From NCBI GenBank assembly GCA_964188305.1, contig OZ076898.1: a stretch of DNA of 64,000 bases; one strand, 5' to 3'. Positions 1-12,968 of the stretch are shown here, piece by piece. Positions within the stretch are counted from its first letter, which is position 1, and each line of letters starts with the position of its first letter. The translations under genes were made by a program, and so were the position numbers. The notes below the pieces were generated by a model, which was not told the DNA's origin, searched no databases, and saw only the letters and a program-made list of their open reading frames with translations. Source of the DNA: Podarcis bocagei (Eukaryota).

Positions 1-256
1 CAAGAAGAAGCAAAACCTTTATGTTCAGAGCCAGATGTTGACAACAAACCGCTGGAGATGGCTATCAAGGGACAAACTGGGGTTTTTCAGAGGTATCTGG
101 CAGGATTCTGTCAGAAGCAGAATGCCAGGCTAAATGGACTTTTTGGTCTCGTTCGGGCAAGGCAGTTTTTATGGTGGCCTATAGGAGACAGTGCAAGACC
201 AACGGGAGAGAAAGCGTTGGAGTCTCAGCTGCCCTGCCCTGTGGCCTCTTCCTTAC

Positions 257-3200
257 CCGCTGTGGAGGAGTGTGGATAAGTGCTCGGTAGAAACAGGTAG
301 TTTGTGGGTACAAGGCCAGGACCAGCTGATCTTTCTGGAACAAGGCCTCAGGGTCTGTTTCAGGGTTGGCCTTCCACTGGGGCAGGGGGATGATGCGGCG
401 GCGGCTCAAGGTGTGGCGCCTGGAGAGAAGAAGCAGAGATTAAGGGCGGGGGGCAAATCTGACATTCCCTCATCCCCTTCAAGAGTCTCTTCTTCACTTA
501 CTCTTTCCCTTCTTCGTCAATGTCATCAACCTCATACCTGGGGAAGAGAACATGGCAGGTGAGAATTCAATGTAAGCAAAACCATAAGGCTGTAGAAGAA
601 AAAGGAAGGTGGATTCCAACTTTCCCATGGACACCAAGCGGTGTGCATGGGAAAATTAGGATCCATCTTCTTTAGAAAACATTTCTGCACCTAACACAAA
701 TGCAACACAGGTTTTGTGGTATGTGTCACCTAGGTAGAATGCCTAGATAATTTATTTTATATCATTTAGCTGCTGAAGTCAGAATCTTCTCTGTTAGAAA
801 GTCATTATCACAACCAAAGAGGCAATAAGGGGGGGGGGGGGAATGGCCACAGCAACTTGTCAGGACATACCTCTACTGAGATGTATATTTTAGGACCCAC
901 TTGATTGTTGTGTTTGTGATTTATTTTAAACCATTTTTGATGTTGTATTTTAAATTACTGTGGCCCACCCCGGGACCCTAGGGTGAAAGGCTGCCAATAA
1001 GTCAAAATTAATAAATATAATAGTAACAGGTGTGCCAATCTTTATACTTCAAATAACAAAACTAACAAGCAATTTCTACCAAGATAGTAGAGGACCTTTC
1101 CTGAAGTAGGCCTGGCCTGCAGCATGGCCTGGCATTGTCTAATAAGAGGCTGTGGACATTTGATGCACAATAGCTCAAAGCTTCTGAAAATGAGGCTCTG
1201 GGCTATGAAGCCAGAAGAGGGCATGTCCAAAGCCAGGGTGAGCCAGGAGAAACTGGGTCACCCAGCAAAACACAGGCCAGAACCTCAGCTCAGGACCTCC
1301 AAGAGTACCATTTGATGAAGACAATTCTGGGAATGCAAATTACCTTGCCCTACTTCAGAGCTGCTCATTACAGAACTTATACTTCTGTGTCAAAGAAGGC
1401 ACCAGAGAAAACACACACCCGGTGCTGACCTCCGAAAAGGACAGCAGGAACCAACCAGGCTTTTCCGCAATGTTCCTCTCCCACTTGGCTCTCCAGATGT
1501 TGAAATACAACTCCCATCAATTCCAGCCACTGGCCTTGTTTGCTGGCGCTGATGGGAGTTGCAGCTCAGAAACAGCTGGAGGGCCAAAGGTTCCCCATGC
1601 CTGCATTAGGCCACCACAAAGCCACTTTCTCTGAAGATGTAGCTGCTCACTTTTCAGCACCTCCTAGAGAACAGGCTCCAGGTGACCATTGCATTCATTC
1701 ATACATCAATTTGGGCTCAGTCATTGGCACACAGACATGCCCAAACCACCACCAGACCTCTTGAAGAATCCTTTCTGACAATACATTTCTCCCTGAGGGC
1801 TTTAGACAGGGAAGGCCAAGCCTCCACAGACTTCAAAATCAAACTTCTGGTGACTGAAACACCCATTCCTGGTCCCGGATGCCTGGCCAAACACAGGGCT
1901 CCCCAAGCCGAATGCTACCTGTGATTGAAGGACGTGGAACCCCAGACTGCCTTCTAGCGCAGTCCTGTAGCCCCAGATCTACCAGACACACTCACTTGTT
2001 GGTGGCGTGGTTGTAGCTCACGGCCTCAGCCAAGATCCACTGCTCGTCTCCGTCGACCGTCTTGACACGAGCAGCCACTTTGTCGCCTGGCTTGGCCACG
2101 TAGTCGCTAGAGGCAGGGATGGCACCACAGAGAGGGGGAGGTCTGCGGTGGAGAGGGAGAGAGAAGCGGCTGTAAGCAAGGCTGAAGCATAAACACACAG
2201 GAGAGGTCCCCAGCACCCGCCATGCGCCCCCTGAATAATCACTTCTCTCCAGGTTTCCCAATCCACAAGGGAAGAGTCATGGCCGACTGCTGAAGGAGCG
2301 TCATCAGCACACCGCGGCGCATGGTTTTGCGTGGCGGCTCCGAGTCGTTGTAGAGGCCGGCAATCTTGGCAGCTGTTAAGAGGAGAGAGAAACAACAAGG
2401 AGGGCTTGGTTAGTGTCCAGGAAGCTCTTAAGAACATAAGAAGAGCCTGATGGATCAGGCCAATGGTCCATCTATTCCAGCATCTTTTTCTCACAATGGC
2501 TGACAAGATGCTTTTGTTTTAGCCCCTGGCTTCCCCACTTCCTTCCTGGAGAGGAGAGGAGGACCCTCAGCTAACTTATTTCAACCACACCACCACTCAG
2601 GGAAATCAAACTCACCCAAAGATTGCCCACGAAATAGCTTGGAAAGCCATACACCGCCGGCCCTCTATTTCTCCTGCTCCCTTGGCTAGTTAAAATGTTG
2701 TTGGCTTATGCTGGGATGGTTTGAAGCTGTTTGCTCCAAAGCTCTAAAGCTATTCACCCAACACAACTGATCTTGCCTTCTTGGGACCTTGTAGCACTCA
2801 CCTATACGGCGTTCTTCCAGAAGAGACTTAATTTCTGCAATCTTGTCCAAGTCCTTGCGCAGGATGCTAGAAAAGGAGGCAGAAACCCCAAGTAAGAGTC
2901 AATGGGAATTTCTTAAGGGAGTCGAAGTATCCCCACTGGAACATAACACTGAGCTGCACTCACTTGCATTCTGCTTCTGCATCAGCCTTGGCTGTTGTGT
3001 AGAGGCCACGTAATTTGGTCCGATAATATGGAGAAACTGAGTGGGAGACAGACAGGGATATGAGACAGTAAACAGGAGGCCAAGGTTTCAGTCTCCCACA
3101 ATTCTTCCCTCACCCCTAGCCCTTTGGTCTAGTGGTATCTAAAATAGAAAAACCAGGAAAGAACTGAGGTCTTGGAGAGTATAAAGCAGATGTTTTAAAG

Positions 3201-3678
3201 TGGAGTGGAGTTGCAACTCACTCTTGTTTTCTGTCTGCATTCTCTCGTGCGTTTTCTGGATGTTGACTAGGTTGTGTTCACTTCTTGATCGTTCCTCCTA
3301 GGAAGGAAAGAGCTTATGGGTTACTTTACCAGCCATACAGAGTATCTACTTTAATACACAGACCATATTCACCCAACCTGCCACACTCAAACCAATATTC
3401 TGTCCATCCCTCAAGATACAGACGCTTGACACAGCATCAAAACAAAATGGCAGCCACAAATTACCATGTTCCTTCCATCCCAAGAAACTGCTGGAGAGGC
3501 CCTTTCTTCTCCTGTGCTGGACATCCACAAGCAAAGAAAACTCTCTTTATCTGACCCAACTCACTTCCTATCGCTTCAGATTCCAGGAAAGCTACCATGT
3601 TACCTGTGTCTGTTTGATAAGCTGGTGCAACTCCCCCAGGAGCTCAGCGATGCGGGAATCGGCTGATACCAGAGCCAT
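257..3678 (-). CDS. SGF29: SAGA complex-associated factor 29 (CCDC101), tandem Tudor H3K4me reader; 3'-partial
   Basis: Coding exons 3678-3604, 3297-3222, 3036-2964, 2866-2802, 2372-2243, 2142-1996, 537-502, 419-257, all GT-AG and in frame (255 codons). They translate MALVSADSRIAELLGELHQLIKQTQEERSRSEHNL...PPPLCGAIP...YEVDDIDEEGKERHTLSRRRIIPLPQWKANPETDPEALF...PPQR, near-identical to vertebrate SGF29. The last exon lies outside the window. Confidence 0.97.
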
Positions 3679-4499
3679 GTTACTGAAAGGGATAAAAAAG
3701 AAAAGAAAATTTAACTCAAAAATTGATTTCCTATGTTGTGCTTTATCTTGACTGTACTATTACATTCTGTGGAAATTCTGCTCTTCAACATACAGCAAAG
3801 ATAATAGATTTTCCTAAGAGTTGGGAGGAGGGGTGAATGGGATTGAGGGCTTGTTTACTGTCACAAATGTGGACCTGTTTTTTCAGGATTGCAGAAGAGG
3901 TTTATCCTTAGAACCACAGAACTGTAGAGTTGGGAGGGACTTACACATAGGATACAGAACAAATGTGCTTGGGGTGACATCAATGAACAGCACCTATCAA
4001 GATAATGATAACTCTTAATACGTGCAATTATGCAAAGCAGTGTGATAAAAAAAGGGTTTTCCCCCTAAACAAGTTTATAGATGAAGGGATTCCATTCTGC
4101 AGTAGAATGCCGAATAATGTGCTGGGAATTATTCCATGTTAACTCAGAGCCCCTCCAACTGTCCTTCATTCATGATGATTTTGATGGACTGTCATACACA
4201 ATCCCACTTTCAATACTATTTGTATCCTTGCTGGCAGAAATCTGTTGTTTTGAAGAAACAGCATAAATCATTTGTTAAGTCTGAGACTAATTGGCCATTT
4301 ACTATCACATCCCTCAATGGGCTTCTTTAGGTTCTTCGTTTATCTAGGCTTCAGACACTCATGCTGCACCAGAATTAAATATAACAATCCCGCTTAGAAC
4401 CACACTCCCAGCATGCACCACGGCCAGGCACCACTGAACAGAGACCAAAATCCCAACATGCCATGCGGCCTGACAGTGCGAGATCTTACTGTAGCCTTG

Positions 4500-5520
4500 A
4501 ATCACATTTGCTGCAGGCGCGCCTGTATAACCGGCGTGCACACGTGCCCCGGTTACACGCACTAAACATATCCTGAACACGCGTCAAGCCATACATACGT
4601 TCTGCTGTTTGCGCATCGAGGAAAGCTCTACCGCACATCCCCGCATACTGTTGCTGGCATAATGGGAACTGCCTGCTCGAGTTCCCGGATGCGAAACCCC
4701 GGCAAGCCTTGCCCCGTTGCCAGTGGCAGGGAATAGCTTCAGTGACGTTTCTTGAGTGCGTCCGTCATTACTGCGGCGCCAAGTGGAAGGTCGCGTGTGC
4801 TTAACTGATGGGTTCCAGCAAAGAAGAGGGAACTGGGATATTGCCTATTTTATCTGCCACGGCTCATTTCGCTTGAGTGAGCTGCTGCTGACTGTCCTAC
4901 TTATGTGGGATTAAACTCTCTGAGTTAGCCCACTAATCTTCCGATGGCGAGAAGCGAACTGCTCTTTCAAACTGTCATCCTTCCTTTTTGATGGATGTAA
5001 TAATAGAATACTAAATGGTTTAGCTTTTGTAAAATATGCAGAGATATATGATATGCAAAATGAACCATGGAAAGAGAAGAAGGGAAGTCATTGATACTTT
5101 AAGGATGCTTAAATGAGTATTCTAAATTGTAAAACAAAATTTAATAAAAATGTTTTATATAGATATATATAACTGCCAACCTTCTCTTTCTGCAAACTTC
5201 ACCTTTTATCCTGTATCACATTTTGCCCTTACATGTGATTATTCCCCGCCCCCCACGCCCACAGCACTGTCGATAGTGATTCTTTTTGTAATTTGCTGCT
5301 GCAGCTCTTTGAAAATCAGCCTCTGCCTATTCTCTTGAACGAGGGCTGCGGCCAATGAGAAACCTTCTGCACGAGGGCCTCCTGGGAGTTGTAGTAATTA
5401 CCATGGGGCGTCAGGCTCCGGGTCTACTCTACCGTCGGCATTTAATGCAAAGCATGATGGAGCTGGGGCTGTTTAAATCCTGCTTTTCGAGGGTGGTGCA
5501 GCGCATACGCATAGCAGAGC
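4500..5520. promoter_or_regulatory. CpG-rich putative SGF29 promoter / non-coding first exon region
   Basis: The SGF29 ATG exon has an acceptor at 3683, so an upstream non-coding exon is needed. The region is CpG-rich, with a candidate minus-strand donor GTATGT at 4598, ZNF143-type motifs (TTCCCATTATGC near 4660; ACTACAACTCCCAG on the minus strand at 5382-5395), a CCAAT box at ~5352 and a GC box at ~5245. Confidence 0.5.
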
Positions 5521-6065
5521 CACTAAAGTTCTTTCAGGGGTGGGGAAGAGTTCATTTTGGGGACAGAAAAGTTGTTGCTCTTGTGCAAGCTTCTTCCTAA
5601 GTAAGCCCCGCTGGATATCAGTCGGACTTACTGTCCAATATGTACGGGATTGCAATATTAATAAAACAGAATGGAGCTGCGTAGGAATTTTAGAGGATAG
5701 TGTCGCAGCAAATCCAACTAAATGGACAAGACTACTAAAGATTTCTGATACCTGCTTTAAAAGGGGTTGTGGTGCATAGGCGCCGACTCCATGGGGCTTG
5801 AGGGGGCCCGAGCCCCCTCAAAAATTCGTTTGGGGGGGCTCAGCCCCCCCAATAATCTCGGGCGGCGGTGGGCGCGTCCGCGGCTTTTATAGGGCGCCCG
5901 GCGCGCACCAGCTCGATAACGGGCACCGGCGCGGCGGGGGGCGCCGGGCCGGGGGAGGAGGGCGGCCGGCCTGTCTCCTTGGCAACCCCATTGAGCAGCG
6001 CCGGCTCCCCCGGGAGGGCCATCCCCCCGCGCCGCCGATCGCCAACACCGCCGACGCTGTGGCTG

Positions 6066-6148
6066 CCCGAGCCCGAGCCTGAGCCCGAGCCTGACCCGGA
6101 GCCCGAGCCCGAGCCCGAGCCCAAGCCCGTCAGTCAGTCAGTCAGTCA
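6066..6148. repeat. (GAGCCC)n hexamer run followed by (GTCA)n
   Basis: Seen directly; it gives the spurious PEPEPE / GSGSGS ORFs. Confidence 0.9.
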
Positions 6149-6581
6149 GGAAGGAAGGAGAAATGGGGAGGGAGACGAGGGAGGAAAATTGCGCGCAGGG
6201 TGAAGAAAGGAGAAGGGCGAACGAGACGAGCTTCCAACCCAAAAAAGGGCTGGAAGACTGGGAGGATGCAGGATCGGGAAAGAAAGCGACGCCTTCCCCG
6301 CCCGCGACGTCGCCCGCTTGTCATTGGCAGCGCAGCGGGCGCCCAGAGGGGCTGGGCACCGGCGCAGGGCCGCTCCGCAGCCGCGGAGGACAGCTGCGCG
6401 GCTAGCAAGGTGCGCCGCGTAGAGCGCGGCCCTTGTGTGGCCCGGTGGCCAGGCAAGCTCGGGCGGGGACCCCCATGCAAATCTAAGACGGGAGAAGAGG
6501 GCAGAGCAAAGGGGGTCCCTTCCCCAACCTCCGGCTCTGAGACTTCCCTGAGCCCCAGAAAAGCGAAAGGATTTTCTCTTC

Positions 6582-7593
6582 TTCTTTTTTTATAAATATT
6601 TTATTAAGTTTTCAAATACAAAGTTAGAAAAATACACTGAAGAAAAAAGTAAAAGAACAAGAAAAAGAAAAAAAGAAGAAGAAAAGAAAACCAACCATTC
6701 AACACATTTTTTATATAACTAACTGGACTTCCTCGCATCTCCCTTACCCTGCATTCTTTATAATAAAGATATCAGCAAATTATTACCTTGTTTCGTACCT
6801 TATTTTGTACTTTTCAAATACTATACCTCTAAATTTAACATACTTTTCATCAGTTACTTATATCTTAAATTAAACATAGTATTACCTTAGATTTTGACCT
6901 TTTCTTACTTAAAATATAATTTCCTGTTTCCCAAATCTAATTACTGAAGCTATAGTTTCCGAATCGTGTAAATTTTTAACATTCATACAACTTATATTGT
7001 TTTTGTAAATAGTCCTTAAATTTTTTCCAGTCCTCTTCCGTTGTTTCTTCTCCCAAATCTCGGATTCTGCCAGTCATTTCAGCCAGTTCCATGTAGTCCA
7101 TCAATTGCGTCTGCCACTCTTCCAGTGTGGGCAAATCTTGTGTCTTCCAATATTTTGCGATAAGTATTCTTGCTGCTGTAGTTGCATACATAAAGAAAGT
7201 TCTATCTTTCTTTAACACTTTCTGGCCAACAATGCCCAAGAGGAAGGCCTCTGGTTTCTTGGGAAAGGTATACTTAAATACCCTTTTTAACTCATTATAG
7301 ATCATTTCCCAGAAGGCCTTCACTTTTGGACAAGTCCACCAGAGGTGAAAGAATGTCCCTTCAGCCTCCTTACATTTCCAACATTTATTATCAGACAGGT
7401 GATATATTTTTGCAAGCTTGACTGGGGTCATGTACCACCTATAAATCATTTTCATAATATTTTCCTTCAAGGCATTACATGCCGTGAATTTCATTCCGGT
7501 GGTCCATAACCTTTCCCAGTCCTCAAACATGATGTTATACCCAATATCCTGAGCCCATTTTATCATGGCTGATTTGACTGTCTCATCCTGAGT
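6582..7593 (-). mobile_element. 5'-truncated L1-clade LINE (ORF2 C-terminus, 3' UTR, A-tail)
   Basis: The ORF ending at 6976 has the L1 ORF2 C-terminal CCHC knuckle (CWKCKEAEGTFFHLWWTC). A-rich tail; 12-bp TSD GATTTTCTCTTC at 6570-6581 and 7594-7605. Confidence 0.92.
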
Positions 7594-8859
7594 GATTTTC
7601 TCTTCAACCTGCCCTCCATCCTCTTGCAGAAAACTCTTTGCCTGCCCTGCCCGTATCTCGTTTTTGCTTTTTAATTCCACACACGCACCCTTCGGACTTC
7701 GTGGCAATCGGGCGCGCGGGTGCGTTTCCTAAGAGAGTGAGGACCCCCGCCTCCTCCCCACCTGCTCCCTCGCCAGCCAGCCGTGCGCCCTAGCCGGAGA
7801 GCCCCGGCCGTCCCCGTCGCGCAATCGGCTGGATCTCCCTTCAGCAGGCCGTGCTCACAACTCGGCCCAGGGACCCCCAGCAGCGGATCTCCGGCTCAGC
7901 TGAAGAATCCGGCAACAAGCCCCCTCCTCCCCAATCGCTCCGCCGAAATACGCTCCAAAACCCCCCATATAGGCCGCCGGCCGCCAAGTCTAGTGGCGCC
8001 CTGAGCGAGGGTCTCTCCCCAACACCGCCACCTCGAACTGCGTTCTCCCGGCTACCCGAGCGAACCAGCGGCAGGACCCCGGTATGGGCCCCCCCAATAT
8101 TTTTTATAAGTCGGCGCCCCTGTTGTGGTGGAAACTAAATGCAAAAAGTGAGGCGTTTCTTTGGAGGGGGAATCTCGTTTGTTTTAAGCAGTTGTACCCC
8201 ACTTTCTCCTAAAAAATGAACTCAAAAGCTGTGAACAATTAATAAATCAACATACGATCATCAGAACAAAAGGAAAACTAAACTGCGGCAAGTATAAAAA
8301 GGAAGCATAGCCCATCAAATAAAAAGCGAAAGAAGTACATTGTAGGGGAATGTTTTAAAGACTTCCATATTTCATCTGAATCACAAGCAAATTATGAAGA
8401 TGTTGTGGGCATGCATAGCTAGAATGCCTAGTGTCTTAAGAAAAAGGAAATCCTGGCAAGAAACCATAAAAATAGCACCCAAAAAGGTTTAATGGAAAAA
8501 GAGAACCAATCAAATTTTCTCTGCTAGAACAGCTACAACCAAGGATACCCCCCTGAAAGATCCCGGTGTTGTCTTCTGACTCTAGTTAATAATTCCTCTG
8601 CTTCCTTCTAGCAAATGAGAACAAACTGAACCAGGACTGCTGATCCTAGATAAGATTGTACAGCACTGGCAGAGCAGGACTGTCCGTTGCAGGGGAGGGT
8701 ATTCAAAAGATAACTATGCCCCTAGCTTTAGTGATATCTACAGGTAGCCCTTGGACCAGCTGTTTCAGGAAAAACAACATAGAGTTTCGTTTGAAGACCA
8801 ACGCTTTTATTGTGGAGTACATTGTTATCAGTTTTGTACAGATACTGTTATAGGGGCTG

Positions 8860-9855
8860 CAGCAACGGGGGTTTAGAGTAAAAAAATTAAACAGTGAGGC
8901 CACATTGTCGTAAAATGCAAGAGGTATTTTATACCAGCTGCACAAATATAAGATGGGGGACACCTGACCTGCCAGTAGTACATGTGAATAGGATCTAAGG
9001 GTCTTAGCAGACCACATGCGTAACTTGAGTCAACAGTGTGATGCAGCGCCAAAGAAAGCTAGTGATATTCTGCATCAATAGAAGTATAGTGTCCCAATCA
9101 AAGGAAGTAAGAGTACAGTGGTACCTCTAGTTATTAACTTAATTCGTTCTGGAGATCCGTTCTTAACCTGAAACTGTTCTTAACTAGAGGTGTGCTTTTG
9201 CTAATGGGGCCTCATGCTGCCACTGCGCTGCCGGCACACAATTTCTGTTCTCATCTTGGGGCAAAGTTCTGAACTCGAGGTAACTCATTTTGGGTTAGCA
9301 GAGTTTGTAAACAAGCGTTTGTAACCTGAGGTCTTTGTAACTCGAGGTACCACTGTACTGCTCTATTCTACCTTGGTCAGACCACACCTGGAGTACTGTG
9401 TCCAGCTCTGGGTGCCACAATTTAAGAAGGATATTGACAAGCTGGAACATGTATAGACAAGGATGACCAAGATCATCAAGGGTCTGGAAACCAAGCTTTA
9501 TGAGGAACGGTTGAGGGGGCTGGGTATGTTTAGCCTGGAAAAAAGGAGTCTGAGAGGAGATCTAATTGCCATCTTCAAATATCTAAAGGGCTGTCATAAG
9601 GAAGATGAAGCAAGCTTGTTTTTTCCTACTCCAGAAAGTAGGATTCGAACGATGTATTCAAGTTTCAAGGAAGGAGATTCTGACTAAACAGGAAGAACTT
9701 TATGAGAGTATGAGCTGTTCGACGGTGGAATGGACTCCCTCAGGAGGTTGTGGGCTCTCCTCCTTGGAGGTTCTAAGCAGAGGTTGGGTGGTCATCTGTC
9801 ATGGATGCTTTAGTTGAAATTTTTACAACTCCACAATTTTAAGATTCTATGATAG
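8860..9855 (+). mobile_element. CR1 LINE 3' fragment (decayed)
   Basis: RT C-terminal peptide YEERLRGLGMFSLEKRSLRGDLIAIFKYLKG and a CR1-type ATTCTATGAT end. Boundaries are approximate. Confidence 0.88.
9116..9355. mobile_element. Tc1/mariner (Tigger-like) MITE nested in CR1
   Basis: TIR CAGTGGTACCTC ... GAGGTACCACTG, TA on both sides; the CR1 sequence resumes across the insertion. Confidence 0.88.
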
Positions 9856-11929
9856 GTACAATCTGGAAATTCAGTGCAGGGATAGAGAATCTGGTGCCCT
9901 CCAGATGTTGATGAACTACAACTCCCATCACCTCTGCCTGCTGGCCATGCTGCCTAGGATCAATAGGATCTGGCAGTCCAGCGTCATGGAGAGCCACAGG
10001 TGAGCCACACTTGCAATGCAGTCAGCACAGTGGCATTCATAGTTATGCTGACTGCAAGCATTGTCAGGCTAGACCTTCATGAAGAAAACTGAAAAGTGCA
10101 ACCATATGGAAATACGTGTGGCCGTGTCCCAAAAATGTGGTTTTATGGCACATTGGTCCCTCCCTGCAGCTTCTGGAGTCTCTCTTCTCAGCCATAGAAA
10201 AATAAACGGTTACTGCTAGGAAGAAGAAAAAGGGAAATGAAAATAAAATGAAGCAATTGCTCTGTCATTTTGCACAGGGGCGGTTAAAATACAGACTGCT
10301 TACTGGAACTCTCACTGTTAATACCCACACCAGAGCTCCCATGAAAAAAAAACCCCGCAGGCCAGGGGAGGGTGGTGGGTGTGGTAGTGGCATCAAGGAA
10401 GGCGATACATGTTTTCTGATTAGGCCACTGTTTATCTGAAACAGAATCAAATCACTTCTGTTCTCAGAAATACTGCTGTGTCTGCTGATTCTGAGATGGG
10501 TGTTGTTTCTTGTGCCCGCCCTCAATCATCCCCTTAATGTTGTTATGGTGCTACAAAGTGAGGCCACTCTTTTTCTAGGCTTCTGTAGTGCATTGATGGT
10601 TTGGAAGATGCTCATTGGATAAACACCAGCCACTCGGGTGAAAGGTTAGAGAGGGATATTTTGGAGTGTAGGCTATCTGGAAGCACAAATCTAACACATG
10701 TGTACTTGGAAATAAGTCCCATTGAGTCCAGTGACTTTAGAAATAAGTCTCATTAATTATGTCCACAGGTAAATGTGGACAGGATTGCAGGCTGGTTTTT
10801 GCAGTTGACTGGCAAGAAGCCGTTTTGGGGAGTTGTGATGGCATGTTGTTGATTTTGGAGAAGTGATACTGGTTTCAAAATTGTTGCTCCATCTCCGGGT
10901 ACATCCTCTGTTTGTACATTTGTAAGTAAATAAGATATTACAAAATGTCATAATACTCTCTGGTCAAAGACTGCTTCGTGGAGCTTGCCACTGGTCTGGG
11001 AAAAGGACACACCAGCTAATTCCTTGCTAAACAGCCCCGTGGTTTTGTTGGCTTGCTCAGTATTTGAGTTATTTGGACCAACCTTTTTCTTTCCATACCA
11101 TCTCCTGAGGAGATGACTGTGAACTAGAAAGTCCACATACTTTAGACCAGATTGAAGGATACCTCTCTTCTGATCCAGCCCATTGCAGTGAGTGGGGGAG
11201 AGCGTGCATACTTGACTTTTCTCCCAACATCCCTGCATGCCCACGTAGAAGTATAATGTCTGGCAAAAAGCCTATGAGAGTAATATCAAAAGCATGTGAG
11301 CCAAAATCTTTTCTTTCCCTGGCTCCCACACACTGGATTTTATTCTATATTCAGATACAGTATGCAGATATGAATATGCAAGGGTATGAAAACCAGGGTG
11401 AGTACACTAGCTGGGCAAAAGTACACTCAACACCCCTCCCTCTGATAGGCTGGATCAGGGAGACATATAGTTTGTCCAGCTCTCTGTCACAGACAGGTTC
11501 AAATATTCTAAGAACAATTATTTCAACAAATCTCCCTTCATGCCCCTAAATAATGCAATTCCTACTGTGTGTGCAACTAACAATACCAGTAATCAGATCG
11601 ACCAAGTTTTTAAATTCAGCTTTAAAAGAGTCTTGGGTGAGTATATTCTATTTTTATTGGGGCAGCAGTGCTGGAGAGGTGGGTTTAGCCTTCTCAACTG
11701 TTAATAAGACTGGCAGGGCATGGCGAGGGAACAAACAGGAAAATATATCAAGATAGCATTCTCCACTTCCACCCCGCAGCAAGAAGCAATAACAATTTGA
11801 GCTGTGGAGATTTAGACAGGACTGGCCCAAGGCATTTTACTGTCTGAGGAGGCCAAAGCCTCCCCCCTTTCCTCTCCCATTGGCTCTTAGGGTTTGTCCA
11901 CACCAGAGCGAAATGTGGATTTGCACCTG

Positions 11930-12393
11930 CCTATGTCCCCATTGTTAAAGCTATGGTTTTCCCAGTAGTGATGTATGGAAGTGAGAGCTGGACCATAAAG
12001 AAGGCTGATCGCTGAAGAATTGATGCTTTTGAATTATGGTGCTGGGGGAGACTCTTGAGAGTCCCATGGACTGCAAGAAGATCAAACTTATCCATTCTTA
12101 AGGAAATCAGCCCTGAGTGTTCACTGGAAGGACAGATCCTGAAGCTGAGGCTCCAATACTTTGGCCACCTCATGAGAAGAGAAGACTCCCTGGAAAAGAC
12201 CCTGATGTTGGGAAAGATGGAGGGCACAAGGAGAAGGGGACGACAGAGGACGAGATGGTTGGACAGTGTTCTCGAAGCTACCAGCATGAGTTTGACGAAA
12301 CTGCGGGAGGCAGTGGAAGACAGGAGTGCCTGGCGTGCTCTGGTCCATGGGGTCACGAAGAGTCAGACACGACTAAACGACTAAACAGCAACA
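11930..12393 (+). mobile_element. BovB (RTE) LINE 3' fragment
   Basis: Translates RVPWTARRSNLSILKEISPECSLEGQILKLRLQYFGHLMRREDSLEKTLMLGK, the typical BovB C-terminus; short CAA-type tail. Confidence 0.93.
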
Positions 12394-12614
12394 ATGTCTC
12401 TATTAATGTGGGGGTATCTGCATGATAGCCTCCCTATCCCAGTGTTGGTGTGGACCTTTCCCTTTTTAAATGTGGGGATTTTTGATCCTTGGAAAGTCTG
12501 AAATGTACATTAACAGAAATGGAAAATGATCCTCCACCACAGCTGAGGGCATCAGGCTAGATTAGAAGAGCACAGGAAAGGCCACGTCCCACCATAACAC
12601 CTGTTGCTTGAGGT

Positions 12615-12968
12615 AAAAGGTAAAGGTACACCTGACTGTTAGGTCTAGTCGTGGATGACTCTGGGGTTGCGTGCTCATCTCACTCTATAGGCCAAAGGAG
12701 CCCACGTATGTCTGCAGACAGCTGGTCATGTGGCCAGCATGACTAAGACGCTTCTGGCAAACTAGAGCAGCACATGAAAATGCCGTTTACCTTCCCACCG
12801 GAGCGGTACCTATGTATCTACTTGCACTTGATGTGCTTTCGAACTGCTAGGTTGGCAGAAGCTGGGACCGAACAACAGGAGCTCACCCCATCGCGGGGAT
12901 TCGAACCGCCGACCTTCTGATCGGCAAGCCCGAGGCTCTGTGGTTTAGACCACAGCGCCACCCACGTC
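12615..12968 (-). mobile_element. Sauria SINE, near full length
   Basis: Minus strand starts GACGTGGGTGGCGCTGTGG and ends in an ACCTTT tail. Flanking direct repeat TGTTGCTTGAGGT at 12602-12614 and 12971-12983. Confidence 0.88.

Larger units (their letters stand above)
5775..8122. mobile_element. non-autonomous hAT-type DNA element carrying GC-rich cargo and a nested L1 fragment
   Basis: Termini CATAGGCGCCGACT ... AGTCGGCGCCCCTG are imperfect inverted repeats. A perfect 8-bp TSD, TTGTGGTG, lies at 5767-5774 and 8123-8130. No transposase ORF. Confidence 0.8.

Noticed and set aside
5798-6595. Overlapping GC-rich ORFs (PEPEPE / GSGSGS)
   Set aside because: Stop-poor GC-rich sequence and a hexamer repeat; no recognisable protein or exon chain.
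6976-7707. 243-aa ORF as a host gene
   Set aside because: It is an L1 ORF2 C-terminus bounded by a TSD; the first ~38 codons are read-through from flanking sequence.
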